Positions 31,001 through 40,188 of a DNA stretch of 64,000 nt are shown here, one piece after another. The stretch is taken from IMG/VR virus record IMGVR_UViG_3300042885_000900. The stretch is one strand, 5' to 3'. A model generated the notes under the pieces. The model made no database searches. It was not told the DNA's origin and saw only the letters and a program-made list of their open reading frames with translations. Each line of letters starts with the position of its first letter. The stretch's first letter is position 1. Position numbers and translations under genes: made by a program. The DNA comes from a virus (taxonomy: Duplodnaviria; Heunggongvirae; Uroviricota; Caudoviricetes).

Positions 31001-32853
31001 ACTATACCAACAAATACATAATCATATCCTATTGTTCCACCTAAATCTGTACAAACTGGAATATTTATTGTTGTTAATGAAGTACAAACACCAAAACAAC
31101 CACTTCCTGCAATAGTTAAGTTAGGTAAATTTATTGTTGTTAATGAATTACAATTATCGAAACAATAATCACCTGCAGTAGCTAATAAAGGCAATTCTAA
31201 TATTGTTAATTCAGAATAACCATAAAAACAATAATTACCTGCCGTAGTTAAGTTAGGTAAAGATAAATTAGTTAATTGGCTAGCACCATAACTACCTGTA
31301 GTATCATCACCAAAACACTGTACTCCAGCAGTTTCCAAAAGAGGTAAATTAAATAATGTGACTTTTGGTGTAATATCAAAACAATAGTCACCCGCAGTAA
31401 CTAATGATGGTAAATTTACCGTTGTTAAATTTAATGCAAATACAAAAGTAAATCCTTCTAATGATATTATACTATTGGCATTATCAATAATGCTTATTAA
31501 ATTTATATTATCACTAAATAACCTATCTTTTATAGTTATATTACTACCACCAAATAATTGTACTTCGTTTCCAATAACTATAACTGATGTAAATGGATTA
31601 CCATAAGCAGGTAAATCAAAGAATGTATTCCAATCATTAACATCTGATGAATCTCCTACAAGAGCATTAGCATTAGCTATATCATCAAATGTTAATTTTA
31701 ATGATGATGGTAATTGTGTTGGGGTTGGTGTTGGTGTCGGTGTTTGAGTGGGTGTTTTAGTAGGTGTTGGTGTAGGTGTTACATTAATAATTGTTTCACA
31801 GATGTGGTTTTGACATTCCCACCCACAAGTTGCGCAAGAACTTTCATTACAACCACAACCACAACTAGTTTTAGTTTCGGGATTCCCCCCACATAAATCA
31901 CAACCATAACTAACACGAGTATCGTGTTGATTATTAACGGACCTAGGTGGATAAACATATATACAACGACTATTAGTTATTGTATTATCACAACAAGCGC
32001 AAGTTGTAACACCGGTTAATTCAGATGTTATTCTCGTATATCCTGTAAAACAATTTGGAGTACCATTTGCGTGATGATAAAATTTATTTTCCGCCCTTGT
32101 ACCTAAATAAAAGAATGTGTTCTTATTTTGGGGATATATCTCGTTAAGAGTTGTTTCACCTGAACTTGGTGTGTATTCATCAATTAAACGAGGTTTTAAA
32201 ACCATCTCAACGCTCCACCCTTTATTTACTCGTTCAGGGAAAATTTCATAATCATATCCAAATAATTTATAAAACCCTTGATAAAATCCACCATATAATT
32301 CGTGGTATTTACCTTCCGATAATCCTTCTTTACTTACAACCTCATATAGTATGGTTTTATCAAACCCTGAAAATCTAACATTAGGTGATTGGGTGTTACC
32401 AGTAACTTGGAACAATTTTAATCTTCTATCAAACGATAATCTATCAAATTTAATAAAATCTGAATATATTCCTTTTGTAAAATTAATGGTTTCTCCACTC
32501 ATTTTATCAACCAAACCATTATCAATCCCTGTTAATCCAATATCACAAGATGTTGATGATGAAAAACAAGAAAAATCTTCGTTATTTGGGTTATAATAAT
32601 TTTGAGAAACAAAAATATTGTTAACATTATAATTTTTATAAGTTAATGTTTGGTCTTGAGCTGTGAGAGGATTATTTATGTCAAAATAGAATGGTAATCT
32701 ATTGCCATATGTTTGAGCAATCAAATATGGTGAGAAAATTACTTCCTCATTATAGTCTCGTTCATCGTTGGTTAACGACATATCTTGTGAGTCTAAACTC
32801 AACTTTAGAGACCAATTTGACTTATAATATTGATTTATATTTTGACTCGCCAT
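28057..32853 (-). CDS. Large virion protein with three inserted LRR_5 modules and a LamG-like C-terminus
   Basis: Cys-rich stretches, TP linkers, F..C.SLTTI.LP repeats; LKIYING...FDGGISQFRMY..PL. Confidence 0.65.
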   Translation of the reverse strand: MASQNINQYYKSNWSLKLSLDSQDMSLTNDERDYNEEVIFSPYLIAQTYGNRLPFYFDINNPLTAQDQTLTYKNYNVNNIFVSQNYYNPNNEDFSCFSSSTSCDIGLTGIDNGLVDKMSGETINFTKGIYSDFIKFDRLSFDRRLKLFQVTGNTQSPNVRFSGFDKTILYEVVSKEGLSEGKYHELYGGFYQGFYKLFGYDYEIFPERVNKGWSVEMVLKPRLIDEYTPSSGETTLNEIYPQNKNTFFYLGTRAENKFYHHANGTPNCFTGYTRITSELTGVTTCACCDNTITNSRCIYVYPPRSVNNQHDTRVSYGCDLCGGNPETKTSCGCGCNESSCATCGWECQNHICETIINVTPTPTPTKTPTQTPTPTPTPTQLPSSLKLTFDDIANANALVGDSSDVNDWNTFFDLPAYGNPFTSVIVIGNEVQLFGGSNITIKDRLFSDNINLISIIDNANSIISLEGFTFVFALNLTTVNLPSLVTAGDYCFDITPKVTLFNLPLLETAGVQCFGDDTTGSYGASQLTNLSLPNLTTAGNYCFYGYSELTILELPLLATAGDYCFDNCNSLTTINLPNLTIAGSGCFGVCTSLTTINIPVCTDLGGTIGYDYVFVGIVGNNITLTIDESIILDDDIIRLSFDNDLIINNSPYQPFIGYSGNLVIDFDDITNANLLVGDSSSVLDWNLFFNLPNWSTQFTSVVVNINEVTLIGGENIAVRDIFLNNNNILSFSGSCIAYIIDECFFACTSLISVSLPNLITVGIKGNGCFSYCNSLTTVYLPSSINIGVACFKQSGVLVNIDLPSAITIGDSCFFLCTSLTSVSLPSCTNLGLTTGNNNVFYNIIGKTITLTIPAALMTCNVGSPDGDIQYLQANNTVTIIEIPTSTPTPTKTPTPTPTPTQLPSSLKLTFDDIANANALVGDASSVIDWNTFFDLPTYGNPFTSVDIVGNEVRLIGGSDITIKENTFISNNNIIKVIDSVGCVTSIYTDSFSYCENITEISFPECLDITGGGYFDGGAFYGLLSLTSMYFPKLIAIDNQCFSNCTSLTTIDLPNLTTAGNHSFSNCVSLTTINLPQLINAGSYCFTNCYSLTTIDLPQLISAGDSFFYNCTSLTTISLPACTDLGGTVGDDIVFYNITGNIITLTIPAALMTCDVGSPDGDIQYLQANNDAVIIEIPTSTLTSTQSNCLSTPVCTPTCSNCTTCDTCDTCATTGFTSIENTCEVDPLYDSMSNALSFKLCGDPKNPQIGVKVLRFTGGCETTGSCETTGITYTTGYTITEYCSPGGIYPDCELINPAYLEEEHWFQLNAVWERYTWLDTCDLWYRGGLGDITERKYLESLANNTVSLITIPYTHTNGRTPEQIELVNLNEKWLLDKDYRKGRLKIYINGKLFYTIEDFEEIIPRGLNTDKEKQVGVPFNVSWGGGTQGLRENLTFSSSTSPLGPYIQDPECLPINDLSGTTFSGLNTNILIEQNFAGTFDGGISQFRMYVSPLSAPEIKHNFKLLKDTFKMFNPDCPDCNTNVCLVDDFEYEITEYTATPTPTPTITPTITPTITLTPTITQTPTPTPTIPEQIINDVLLINDNEYLSVGNQEYLKFN
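30088..30182. repeat. 95-bp exact direct repeat, copy 1 (copy 2 at 31651..31745)
   Basis: Identical atctcctacaagagc...gtgtcggtgttt in both places. Confidence 0.85.
31651..31745. repeat. 95-bp exact direct repeat, copy 2
   Basis: Identical to 30088..30182. Confidence 0.85.
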
Positions 32854-32864
32854 CTTTTTTAATG

Positions 32865-32892
32865 ATAAATACTCTAAAACGAAGTATTTATA
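32865..32892. promoter_or_regulatory. Back-to-back putative late promoters (TATTTAT on each coding strand)
   Basis: ataaata at 32865-32871 serves the minus gene; tatttata at 32885-32892 serves the plus gene. Confidence 0.55.
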
Positions 32893-32904
32893 TGAAAAAG
32901 TTAT

Positions 32905-33735
32905 ATGATAAATTTTAACACGGAGTACTTCAGTAATAATTATTACTTCTTTTTAAAAGATAGAGGAGATAAAATATCCCTATATTATTCTGTTGCGGAT
33001 ACTTTAACCGAATCAAGAAAAAAAGATGACAAGATTGACTTTGATAAAAAAGATACAAAAAAAATTAAAGATGTTATGTCTAAAGTTTTAAAGTCAAAGA
33101 AAAAGGTGTCAAAAGACGATTTAACTAAAACTTTAAAAAATGTTAAATCCAAAACAGAAATAGAAGAATTTGTTGATGAGGATGGAACAATGTTAACATC
33201 TAGAATACCATATATTAATACCGCCTTATCTCCACGAAAAACGATGGACCAGACCGTTCCTATGGCAAGAACAACTAACGACCCTGTTACTAGAGGTTAT
33301 AGAGTTTATTATGGTGAGAGTGAAGAAAAGGGTGATGAGATGATAAATGAAGTTGATTATTCAGAAGCATTTGGATATGCTGAAACTGAAAATATGGATT
33401 ACGATAATACGGTTAAAACTCTCGCTAAAATGGGTGTTGAGAATCCGGAAGAAAGAGCTCAAGAATTTGGAAAACTTCCAAAACAAAAAAAACACGACGG
33501 TAAGTTAAAACAAAGATTATCTGAAAAAGATACAATAGAAGAACAACAGAAACAACAAATGACCAAAATGGTTGAGGATATTTTAACCAAAAAATCAAAA
33601 GACGATTCTGGTGTTATCAAAAATAATGGTATCAGTAAAATATTAATGAAAAATCTTCAATCTATTAAAAAAATTGCTGAAAAAGAAGGTATTAGTATTA
33701 ATATGTTAATTAAATCACTAAAATCAAATGAATAA
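32905..33735 (+). CDS. Hypothetical protein (possible head-associated protein)
   Basis: Long ORF with upstream TATTTATA; charged; several [LI]-x-E motifs. Confidence 0.6.
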   Translation: MINFNTEYFSNNYYFFLKDRGDKISLYYSVADTLTESRKKDDKIDFDKKDTKKIKDVMSKVLKSKKKVSKDDLTKTLKNVKSKTEIEEFVDEDGTMLTSRIPYINTALSPRKTMDQTVPMARTTNDPVTRGYRVYYGESEEKGDEMINEVDYSEAFGYAETENMDYDNTVKTLAKMGVENPEERAQEFGKLPKQKKHDGKLKQRLSEKDTIEEQQKQQMTKMVEDILTKKSKDDSGVIKNNGISKILMKNLQSIKKIAEKEGISINMLIKSLKSNE

Positions 33736-34198
33736 GGATTTATACGGAAAATCTTTTGCTATCCCCCAAGATGTCATTGAATATTTACATCAATGCAATC
33801 AAGCTGTTGGTGAAGTGGATGAAACAACCGAAGGGTTTAAAAGAAATAAAGATTTAAGAGATAAGAAAGAAATTACATACCAACAATTAAAACGAATGAA
33901 AAATTGGTTTGATAATTTTGATGGTCACGAAAATGATACCACACATATTTTAAATGGTGGACATTATGTGAAAAATTGGGTCAATGACACATTAAATTCT
34001 ATGAGAGATAATGTTGAGAATACTAAACAGAATAAGTCTGAAGTATTACCAAATCAATTCATCCAACCTCACGAAAAAAATGATATGACAAAGATGAATA
34101 GACCAACTCAATCACATAAGTCAGCCGTGAATAGATATGATTCAGCAATTGTTGAGAATTTACAAAGAATAAACGATTTAATAAAAAAAATAATTTAA
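33728..34198 (+). CDS. Hypothetical protein
   Basis: Operonic ORF overlapping the upstream stop. Confidence 0.65.
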   Translation: MNKDLYGKSFAIPQDVIEYLHQCNQAVGEVDETTEGFKRNKDLRDKKEITYQQLKRMKNWFDNFDGHENDTTHILNGGHYVKNWVNDTLNSMRDNVENTKQNKSEVLPNQFIQPHEKNDMTKMNRPTQSHKSAVNRYDSAIVENLQRINDLIKKII

Positions 34199-34201
34199 GT
34201 T

Positions 34202-34495
34202 ATGGCAAATTTAGACCCAATAGACTTGGCTCAACCAGAAAATAAGTTGTCGTCTATCGCGACAGCACAAAGAGCAATATTATTCCCAAAAAACGATTAT
34301 AAAACAACTAACCAATATTCTTCGGTTAATCCTGACGCATTGGCGGATGGAGATACTAAAGGTAAAGGGACTGGTGGTGATTTAGATGTTTATAATCAAG
34401 GTGCCGGAGCAATCCAAGACATTTTAGAAAGAAAATCTGAAATAGTTGTGAATACCTTTAAACCAAACGCACCTTACACCACACCAAGCGCTTAA
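34202..34495 (+). CDS. Hypothetical protein
   Basis: Operonic ORF; TAATG coupling to the next gene. Confidence 0.65.
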   Translation: MANLDPIDLAQPENKLSSIATAQRAILFPKNDYKTTNQYSSVNPDALADGDTKGKGTGGDLDVYNQGAGAIQDILERKSEIVVNTFKPNAPYTTPSA

Positions 34496-34911
34496 TGAAA
34501 CTTTACAATACATTTAAGTCCCTTATTTTAGAAGTAGCGTCAGTTGACTCAATAGTCAATGCTATAAAAAATAAAGACAAGATAATAATTTACTACGATG
34601 GTGATGAACCTGGTGGTCGTGGATTAAGGGAGATAGAACCTGTATGTTTTGGATACAGTAAAGCCGATAACCCTGTTCTACGAGCTTGGGATACTCAAGG
34701 AGCGTCTCACACCGGTTATAAAGGAGAACAACCTCTACCAGGATGGAGACTTTTTAGAGCAGATAAAATTCTCTCTTTTAAACCATCCGGAGAAAAGTTT
34801 GACACACCAAAACCCGGCTATAATACAGCCGGAGATAAAAGTATGACAAGAGTTATCATAAATGCGGTTTTTAATGAGCAACCAACTCAAACAGAACCAA
34901 CACAATATTAA
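34495..34911 (+). CDS. Stand-alone WYL-domain protein
   Basis: I.IYY...R.IEP..G......LRAW...WRLFRADKI pattern. Confidence 0.75.
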   Translation: MKLYNTFKSLILEVASVDSIVNAIKNKDKIIIYYDGDEPGGRGLREIEPVCFGYSKADNPVLRAWDTQGASHTGYKGEQPLPGWRLFRADKILSFKPSGEKFDTPKPGYNTAGDKSMTRVIINAVFNEQPTQTEPTQY

Positions 34912-34917
34912 AACATT

Positions 34918-35529
34918 ATGACAAACGAAAATAGTTTAATGGAAAAATTAATGGTGTCTAAAAAAATGATAGACATTCATAACCAAACACCAAGAGGGGG
35001 ATTACCTTCTATGAATTCATATAATTCACCTGAAGTAGAATCATACGATGCTCCACAAGCAAAGTATTCATTACCTCAAGAGTTTTTACAAGAAAATTCA
35101 ACAACAAATGAACCTTATTTATCGTCAATACCTAAAACACCAACGATGCCACAACCTCTTACAAGTGATAGAGTTATGTCATCTAAATTACCTGACGAAA
35201 TAAAACGATTAATGATAGAACACCCAATTAACCAACCAAGTTCTATGGGTGGTGGTTCAGTTTTATCTGATGAATTAGTTGAAAAAGCGTCAAAATTAAT
35301 GAATTTAAAAGGTAATCAACAACCAACCCAAGTTGTTAAAGAACAATCATCTCAACCAAATTTTAATAACAAACAATTAAAGGAAATGTTAAAAGAAGTT
35401 GTTGAGGAAGTTTTATTAGAAAATGGTGTGATTGCCGAATCAACACAAAAATCAAACGAACTCTTCTCTTTTAAAGTTGGAAAACATGTTTTTGAAGGTA
35501 AGGTAACCAAGATTAAAAAATTATCTTAA
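34918..35529 (+). CDS. Hypothetical protein
   Basis: Operonic ORF followed by a terminator. Confidence 0.65.
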   Translation: MTNENSLMEKLMVSKKMIDIHNQTPRGGLPSMNSYNSPEVESYDAPQAKYSLPQEFLQENSTTNEPYLSSIPKTPTMPQPLTSDRVMSSKLPDEIKRLMIEHPINQPSSMGGGSVLSDELVEKASKLMNLKGNQQPTQVVKEQSSQPNFNNKQLKEMLKEVVEEVLLENGVIAESTQKSNELFSFKVGKHVFEGKVTKIKKLS

Positions 35530-35549
35530 CTTTATTTACTCTCAAGATT

Positions 35550-35580
35550 AACCCTCATCTACCAAGTTGGGGGTTTTTTT
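35550..35580 (+). terminator. Intrinsic terminator
   Basis: aaccctca...tgggggtt stem followed by a T run. Confidence 0.6.
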
Positions 35581-35637
35581 ATTTAAAAAACTTTCCTTTT
35601 GATTAAACCGGTATATTTATATAATAAAGATAAAGTT

Positions 35638-36552
35638 ATGGATATTAAAACTGAAAAAAAAATTATCTCCGAATATAAAAAGGGGAAAAGTAGTTTAGAA
35701 ATTGTTAAAATTGTTGGATTATCAAAACCAACAATTCTTAAAGTACTACACAAACATAATTTAGTTAGAAAAAGAGATAGATGTTCTTCTTTAAATATTA
35801 AAAAAGATGGGGAAAAATACTATATTATTCGTAAATGTCCAAAATGTGGTCAAGACATAAAAACTACATCAAAAGATAGAACAATTGCTTGTCGGAATTA
35901 TTTTAATTCCATAAATAAAAATAGTAATTGTGTTAAATGTATGTCAGAATCTTTTATTGGTGAGGGAAATCATTTTTTTGGTAAAACTCACAAAAAAGAA
36001 AGTTTAGAAAAAATATCCAAAAGTAAAAAAGGTCAAAATTCAGGGGATAAAAATCATATGAAACAAGAAAAATATCGTCAAATGAGTAGAGATATTATGA
36101 GGTCAAATTGGGATAACGGTATATTAGATAGGGGTGTAATTTCTGAGCAAATGAAACAAACTCAACGAAGTGGTAAAATTAAATCAACTATTGTTTCAAA
36201 AAAAGAAAAAGAGATTGTTAAAGAATTGAGAAAATTAGGTTATAAAATAATTCATTCATATCGGGTTGATAGTAAAGTGTGTGATGTATATATCCCATCA
36301 TTAAATTTAATTATAGAGTATTTTGGAGATTATTGGCATTGTAATCCAAAAAAATATGAACCAAATTATTTTAATCAGAAAAAAAATAAATTTGCTTGGG
36401 AATTATGGGATTATGATAAAAAGAAACTTGAATTAATTAAAAGTTATGGTTATAATTTAGAAGTTGTGTGGGAGGGAGACCTAAAACTCAACAATAAATT
36501 AATAGAAATCATAATAGAATCCTATGTCACAAAACTCACTTCAACGCCCTAA
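35638..36552 (+). CDS. Free-standing homing-type endonuclease (HTH, Zn ribbon, NUMOD3, Vsr/DUF559-like PD-(D/E)xK)
   Basis: CPKC; NHFFGKTHKKES; CDVYIPSLNLIIEYFGDYWH. ATG 35638 preferred because it follows TATTTATA at 35614. Confidence 0.75.
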   Translation: MDIKTEKKIISEYKKGKSSLEIVKIVGLSKPTILKVLHKHNLVRKRDRCSSLNIKKDGEKYYIIRKCPKCGQDIKTTSKDRTIACRNYFNSINKNSNCVKCMSESFIGEGNHFFGKTHKKESLEKISKSKKGQNSGDKNHMKQEKYRQMSRDIMRSNWDNGILDRGVISEQMKQTQRSGKIKSTIVSKKEKEIVKELRKLGYKIIHSYRVDSKVCDVYIPSLNLIIEYFGDYWHCNPKKYEPNYFNQKKNKFAWELWDYDKKKLELIKSYGYNLEVVWEGDLKLNNKLIEIIIESYVTKLTSTP

Positions 36553-37783
36553 CGGTCAAGAAAAGATTAGCGTACTCGTACTGCCATCTGACCGCTCGGG
36601 CGTTGGTTAACAAAACGGTAAATTTCGCTCAGTCGACCCCCATGTATTCCTACAAAATCAATATCCCGATGATTTTCATGTGGATATTGATTACGACCCA
36701 AAGATAGATGATATTAATTATTGGAAAAAATATCAGATAATTCACGCACATAGAACTATTGGTAATAACTACGATGTGTCGGCACAAATAATTAAAGGGT
36801 TAAAAGAATTAGGGATTATTGTTATTGTTGATATTGATGATTATTGGTTACCAACAGTAGACCACCCAATCCATAGTATTATTGTAAAACATAAAATCCA
36901 CGAAAAAATAGTTGCAAATTTAAAAGAAGCCAGTTATGTTACAACAACAACTGATTTATTTGCAAACGAAATTCGTAAGCTTAATAAAAATGTACTAGTT
37001 TTACCAAACGCTATAAATCCAAAAGAGGGTCAATTTAATCAACCAACACCACCATCAGAAAAAATTAGAGTCGGATGGCTTGGAGGTAGTTCTCACATTG
37101 AGGATTTAAATTTGTTGGGGAATTTTGTTCAAAAAAATCAAGACATAAATGATAAATTACAATATGTTATTTGTGGTTTTGATATTAGAGGTACCGTAAC
37201 GGAAATGAATCCACAAACAGGTGAAGAAAGAAAAAGAGATATATTACCTCACGAAACTGTTTGGACTAAATATGAAGATATTTTCACTAACAAGTATAAA
37301 ACCATAGATGAGAACTATAAAAAACATTTATTAGAGTTCAAAGAAAGAGAATTTTTATCAACAAGTGATTTACCATATGTTAGAGTTTGGACAAAACCTG
37401 TTACAACTTACGCTATGAATTATTCAAAATTTGATATATCTTTGGCACCAATTAAAAATCATATATTCAATAGGATGAAATCTCAATTAAAGGTGATTGA
37501 GGCTGGGTTTTATAAAAAAGCGTTAATTGCTTCAGAAATCGGACCTTACACCATTGATTTAAAACATTGTTTGAAAAATGGTAATTTTACAGATGGTAAC
37601 GCAATTTTAATACCCGAGAATAGAAATCATAGTGATTGGTCTAAATCAATTAAAAAATTGGTTCAAAACCCTGAAATGATTACTGAATTAGGCGAGAGAT
37701 TATTTGAAACTGTTAAAGACAAATATGATTTAAAAAATGTGACCGTTACAAGAGCAGAATTTTACAAATCTTTAATTAAATAA
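36524..37783 (+). CDS. GT-B glycosyltransferase with an in-frame TAA at 36608 (candidate 12-nt translational bypass, or pseudogene)
   Basis: ATG 36524 is in frame with ORF 36680..37783: MSQ...ISVLVLPSDRSGVG*QNGKFRSVDPH...; body has DIDDYW, GWLGGSSH and FNRMKSQLKVIEAG. Confidence 0.7.
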
Positions 37784-37786
37784 AAA

Positions 37787-38488
37787 ATGATAAACATACC
37801 TTTAACCAAAATATTGTTTCTTGATATTGAAACAGTTGGTGGATGTAAAAACTATACCGAGTGTAAAGTTAACAATCCTAATGTGGCAAAACAATTTGAA
37901 AAATATTTTGATTGGTTTCAAAAAAGATTTCCGGAAGATGTTGGTCGGTCATTTGACTATGTCTTTGAAAAACGAGCGGCATTAGTTCCCGAGTTTGCAA
38001 AAATTGTTTGTGTTAGTGTTGCTTTCGTTATGGATAATGGAGATATTAAAAAACAATCATTCTCCGGAGATGATGAAAAAAAATTACTAAAAGATTGCCA
38101 AACATTACTTAATCGTTGTGGTAAATTAGATTTTTATCTATGTGGACATAATCTTAAAAATTTTGACATCCCAATGTTGGCAAAAAGAATGATAATTAAC
38201 GGATTAAAACCATCCTCAATACTACCGTCTTACAATACAAAACCGTGGGAGATTAAAGCCATTGACACCAAAGAAATTTGGCAATACGGAGCTTACACCG
38301 CAATTGGTTCATTGGACTTAATGTGTTCTTGTATGGATGTTCCATCACCAAAGGAAGGTGATGTTACTGGAGATAAAGTTCACGACGCGTATTGGAATAA
38401 AAATATGTTATCAGAAATCACTGCTTATTGTGAGCGTGATGTGTTAGTATTAATTGATGTAATAAAAAAATTAAAAGAATTAGAATAA
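37787..38488 (+). CDS. DEDD 3'-5' exonuclease (PolB-exonuclease-like)
   Basis: FLDIET, GHN..NFDIP and YCERDV motifs. Confidence 0.85.
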   Translation: MINIPLTKILFLDIETVGGCKNYTECKVNNPNVAKQFEKYFDWFQKRFPEDVGRSFDYVFEKRAALVPEFAKIVCVSVAFVMDNGDIKKQSFSGDDEKKLLKDCQTLLNRCGKLDFYLCGHNLKNFDIPMLAKRMIINGLKPSSILPSYNTKPWEIKAIDTKEIWQYGAYTAIGSLDLMCSCMDVPSPKEGDVTGDKVHDAYWNKNMLSEITAYCERDVLVLIDVIKKLKELE

Positions 38489-39084
38489 TGGAATATAATA
38501 ATTTAGATTTTTTAGAGGAAAAGGCTAAAGAATTAAGACAAAGATTAGAGGGTGATTTTGAAGATTTAGATATGACCGAAATGATGAATGAATTGGGTGT
38601 TGATATTAAAGATTTAGAGGATAAAATGTTAAATCATAGAACTAAATTACCTTTACAATTTAATAAATTACATCCCGATGCCGTAACACCTAAATACAAT
38701 TACGAAGGTGATTCGGGATTTGATTTACATTCTATTGATGAGATAATTATACCCCCATTTGGAAGAGCTTTAGTCCCAACAGGATTATCCTTTGACATTA
38801 AAGATGGTTATGAAATTCAAGTTAGAACCAAAAGTGGGTTAGCCATTAATCAGGGTCTTATGATATTAAATTCTCCCGGAACAGTAGATTCCTCATACAC
38901 AGGAGAAATAAAAGGAATTATTTTTAACACTAACCCTTTTGAGTTTACAATACCTAAAGGTATGAAAATAGGACAAGCTGTTCTATGTCCTGTTGTAAAT
39001 GGGGGGTGGGTTGACTTAATTGAGGTTAACAAAATAAACGAAAAAGATAGAGGTGAGAATGGATTTGGAAGTACAGGAATATAA
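38488..39084 (+). CDS. dut: Trimeric dUTPase with an acidic N-terminal extension
   Basis: GFDL, RTKSG, GTVDSSYTGEI and RGENGFGSTG motifs. Confidence 0.95.
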   Translation: MEYNNLDFLEEKAKELRQRLEGDFEDLDMTEMMNELGVDIKDLEDKMLNHRTKLPLQFNKLHPDAVTPKYNYEGDSGFDLHSIDEIIIPPFGRALVPTGLSFDIKDGYEIQVRTKSGLAINQGLMILNSPGTVDSSYTGEIKGIIFNTNPFEFTIPKGMKIGQAVLCPVVNGGWVDLIEVNKINEKDRGENGFGSTGI

Positions 39085-39106
39085 CTCAACAAATTTAAAA
39101 GTGGTC

Positions 39107-39634
39107 ATGAGACCTTATGAATCAGAACACGAATTAAGATTGTTTTGTCAAGAATTAAGAGAAACTTTAGGAGATTCTCCTACAATTGTTGAGCTTGGTT
39201 CATACATGGGAGAAAGTAGTTTAATTTTTTCACAAGAATTTCCGAATGGAAAAATTATATGTATTGACTCGTGGGAAGGAGGTTTTGATGATTCTGATTC
39301 TGCTAGCCACGCTGATTATATTGATGTTGAAGAACAATTTGATTTAAGATTATCGTCTGTAAATAACATTACAAAATTAAAAGGGTATTCAACAGACTTT
39401 ACAATAGAATGTGATATGGTTTATATTGACGCTTGTCATAAATATGAGTGTGTTATGAACGATATTAAACATTGGAACCCATTGACTAAAAAAGTTATCT
39501 CTGGTCATGATTATAATACAGATGAATTTATTGTGGTTCATTCACATATAGCCGGAGTTAAAGTGGCAATAAACGAATCATTAGGAGTTCCGGATAAAAC
39601 ATTCGGAGATGGCTCTTGGTTTAAATTAAAATAA
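39107..39634 (+). CDS. SAM-dependent methyltransferase (Methyltransf_24-like)
   Basis: VELGSYMGES, YIDACH.YE.V..D and GHDY; start uncertain (track gives 39053). Confidence 0.75.
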   Translation: MRPYESEHELRLFCQELRETLGDSPTIVELGSYMGESSLIFSQEFPNGKIICIDSWEGGFDDSDSASHADYIDVEEQFDLRLSSVNNITKLKGYSTDFTIECDMVYIDACHKYECVMNDIKHWNPLTKKVISGHDYNTDEFIVVHSHIAGVKVAINESLGVPDKTFGDGSWFKLK

Positions 39635-39635
39635 T

Positions 39636-40184
39636 ATGAAACATTTTTATATAGAGATTGATGGGTTTGCCGCGGATGAGGAACAAGGAGAATTACTTAG
39701 AACGATATTAACTAAAATTGATACCAAAACAAGTATAAATATTGCTGAAATTGGTGTTTATAAAGGAAGAGGAACCTCATTATGGAATATAGAATTAATG
39801 AACCATAATGTTGAATACACTTATTACGCGATAGACCATTTCATGGGGTCTAATGAACATGATAAATCGGTAGATTATTATAATATAACATTAAATAATT
39901 TACGACCAATACTTAATAAAATACATTTAATAAAAAATGATTCAGTTTCTGAATCGCAAAATTACCCTGATAATTTTTTTGATATTGTCTATATTGATGC
40001 GTCTCATGAATATGAATATGTCCTTGAAGATATTAAAAAATGGTTACCAAAAGTTAAAGATGGTGGTATAATTTGCGGAGATGATTACATTAGTGGATGG
40101 GACGGGGTAATAATAGGGGTAAATGAAGTATTCCAAGATAAAGTGAATATTGTTGGGAAACAACAATGGTGGGTTAAAAAATAA
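39636..40184 (+). CDS. SAM-dependent methyltransferase (Methyltransf_24-like)
   Basis: EIGVYKG, YIDASHEYE and GGIICGDDY motifs. Confidence 0.8.
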   Translation: MKHFYIEIDGFAADEEQGELLRTILTKIDTKTSINIAEIGVYKGRGTSLWNIELMNHNVEYTYYAIDHFMGSNEHDKSVDYYNITLNNLRPILNKIHLIKNDSVSESQNYPDNFFDIVYIDASHEYEYVLEDIKKWLPKVKDGGIICGDDYISGWDGVIIGVNEVFQDKVNIVGKQQWWVKK

Positions 40185-40188
40185 TAAT

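Noticed and set aside
30088-31745. Diversity-generating retroelement TR/VR pair
   Set aside because: Both copies are in-frame in one gene, flanking differences are not adenine-specific, and no reverse transcriptase is in the window
36605-36619. Self-splicing intron in the GT gene
   Set aside because: 12 nt is far too short, and no group I/II core is visible
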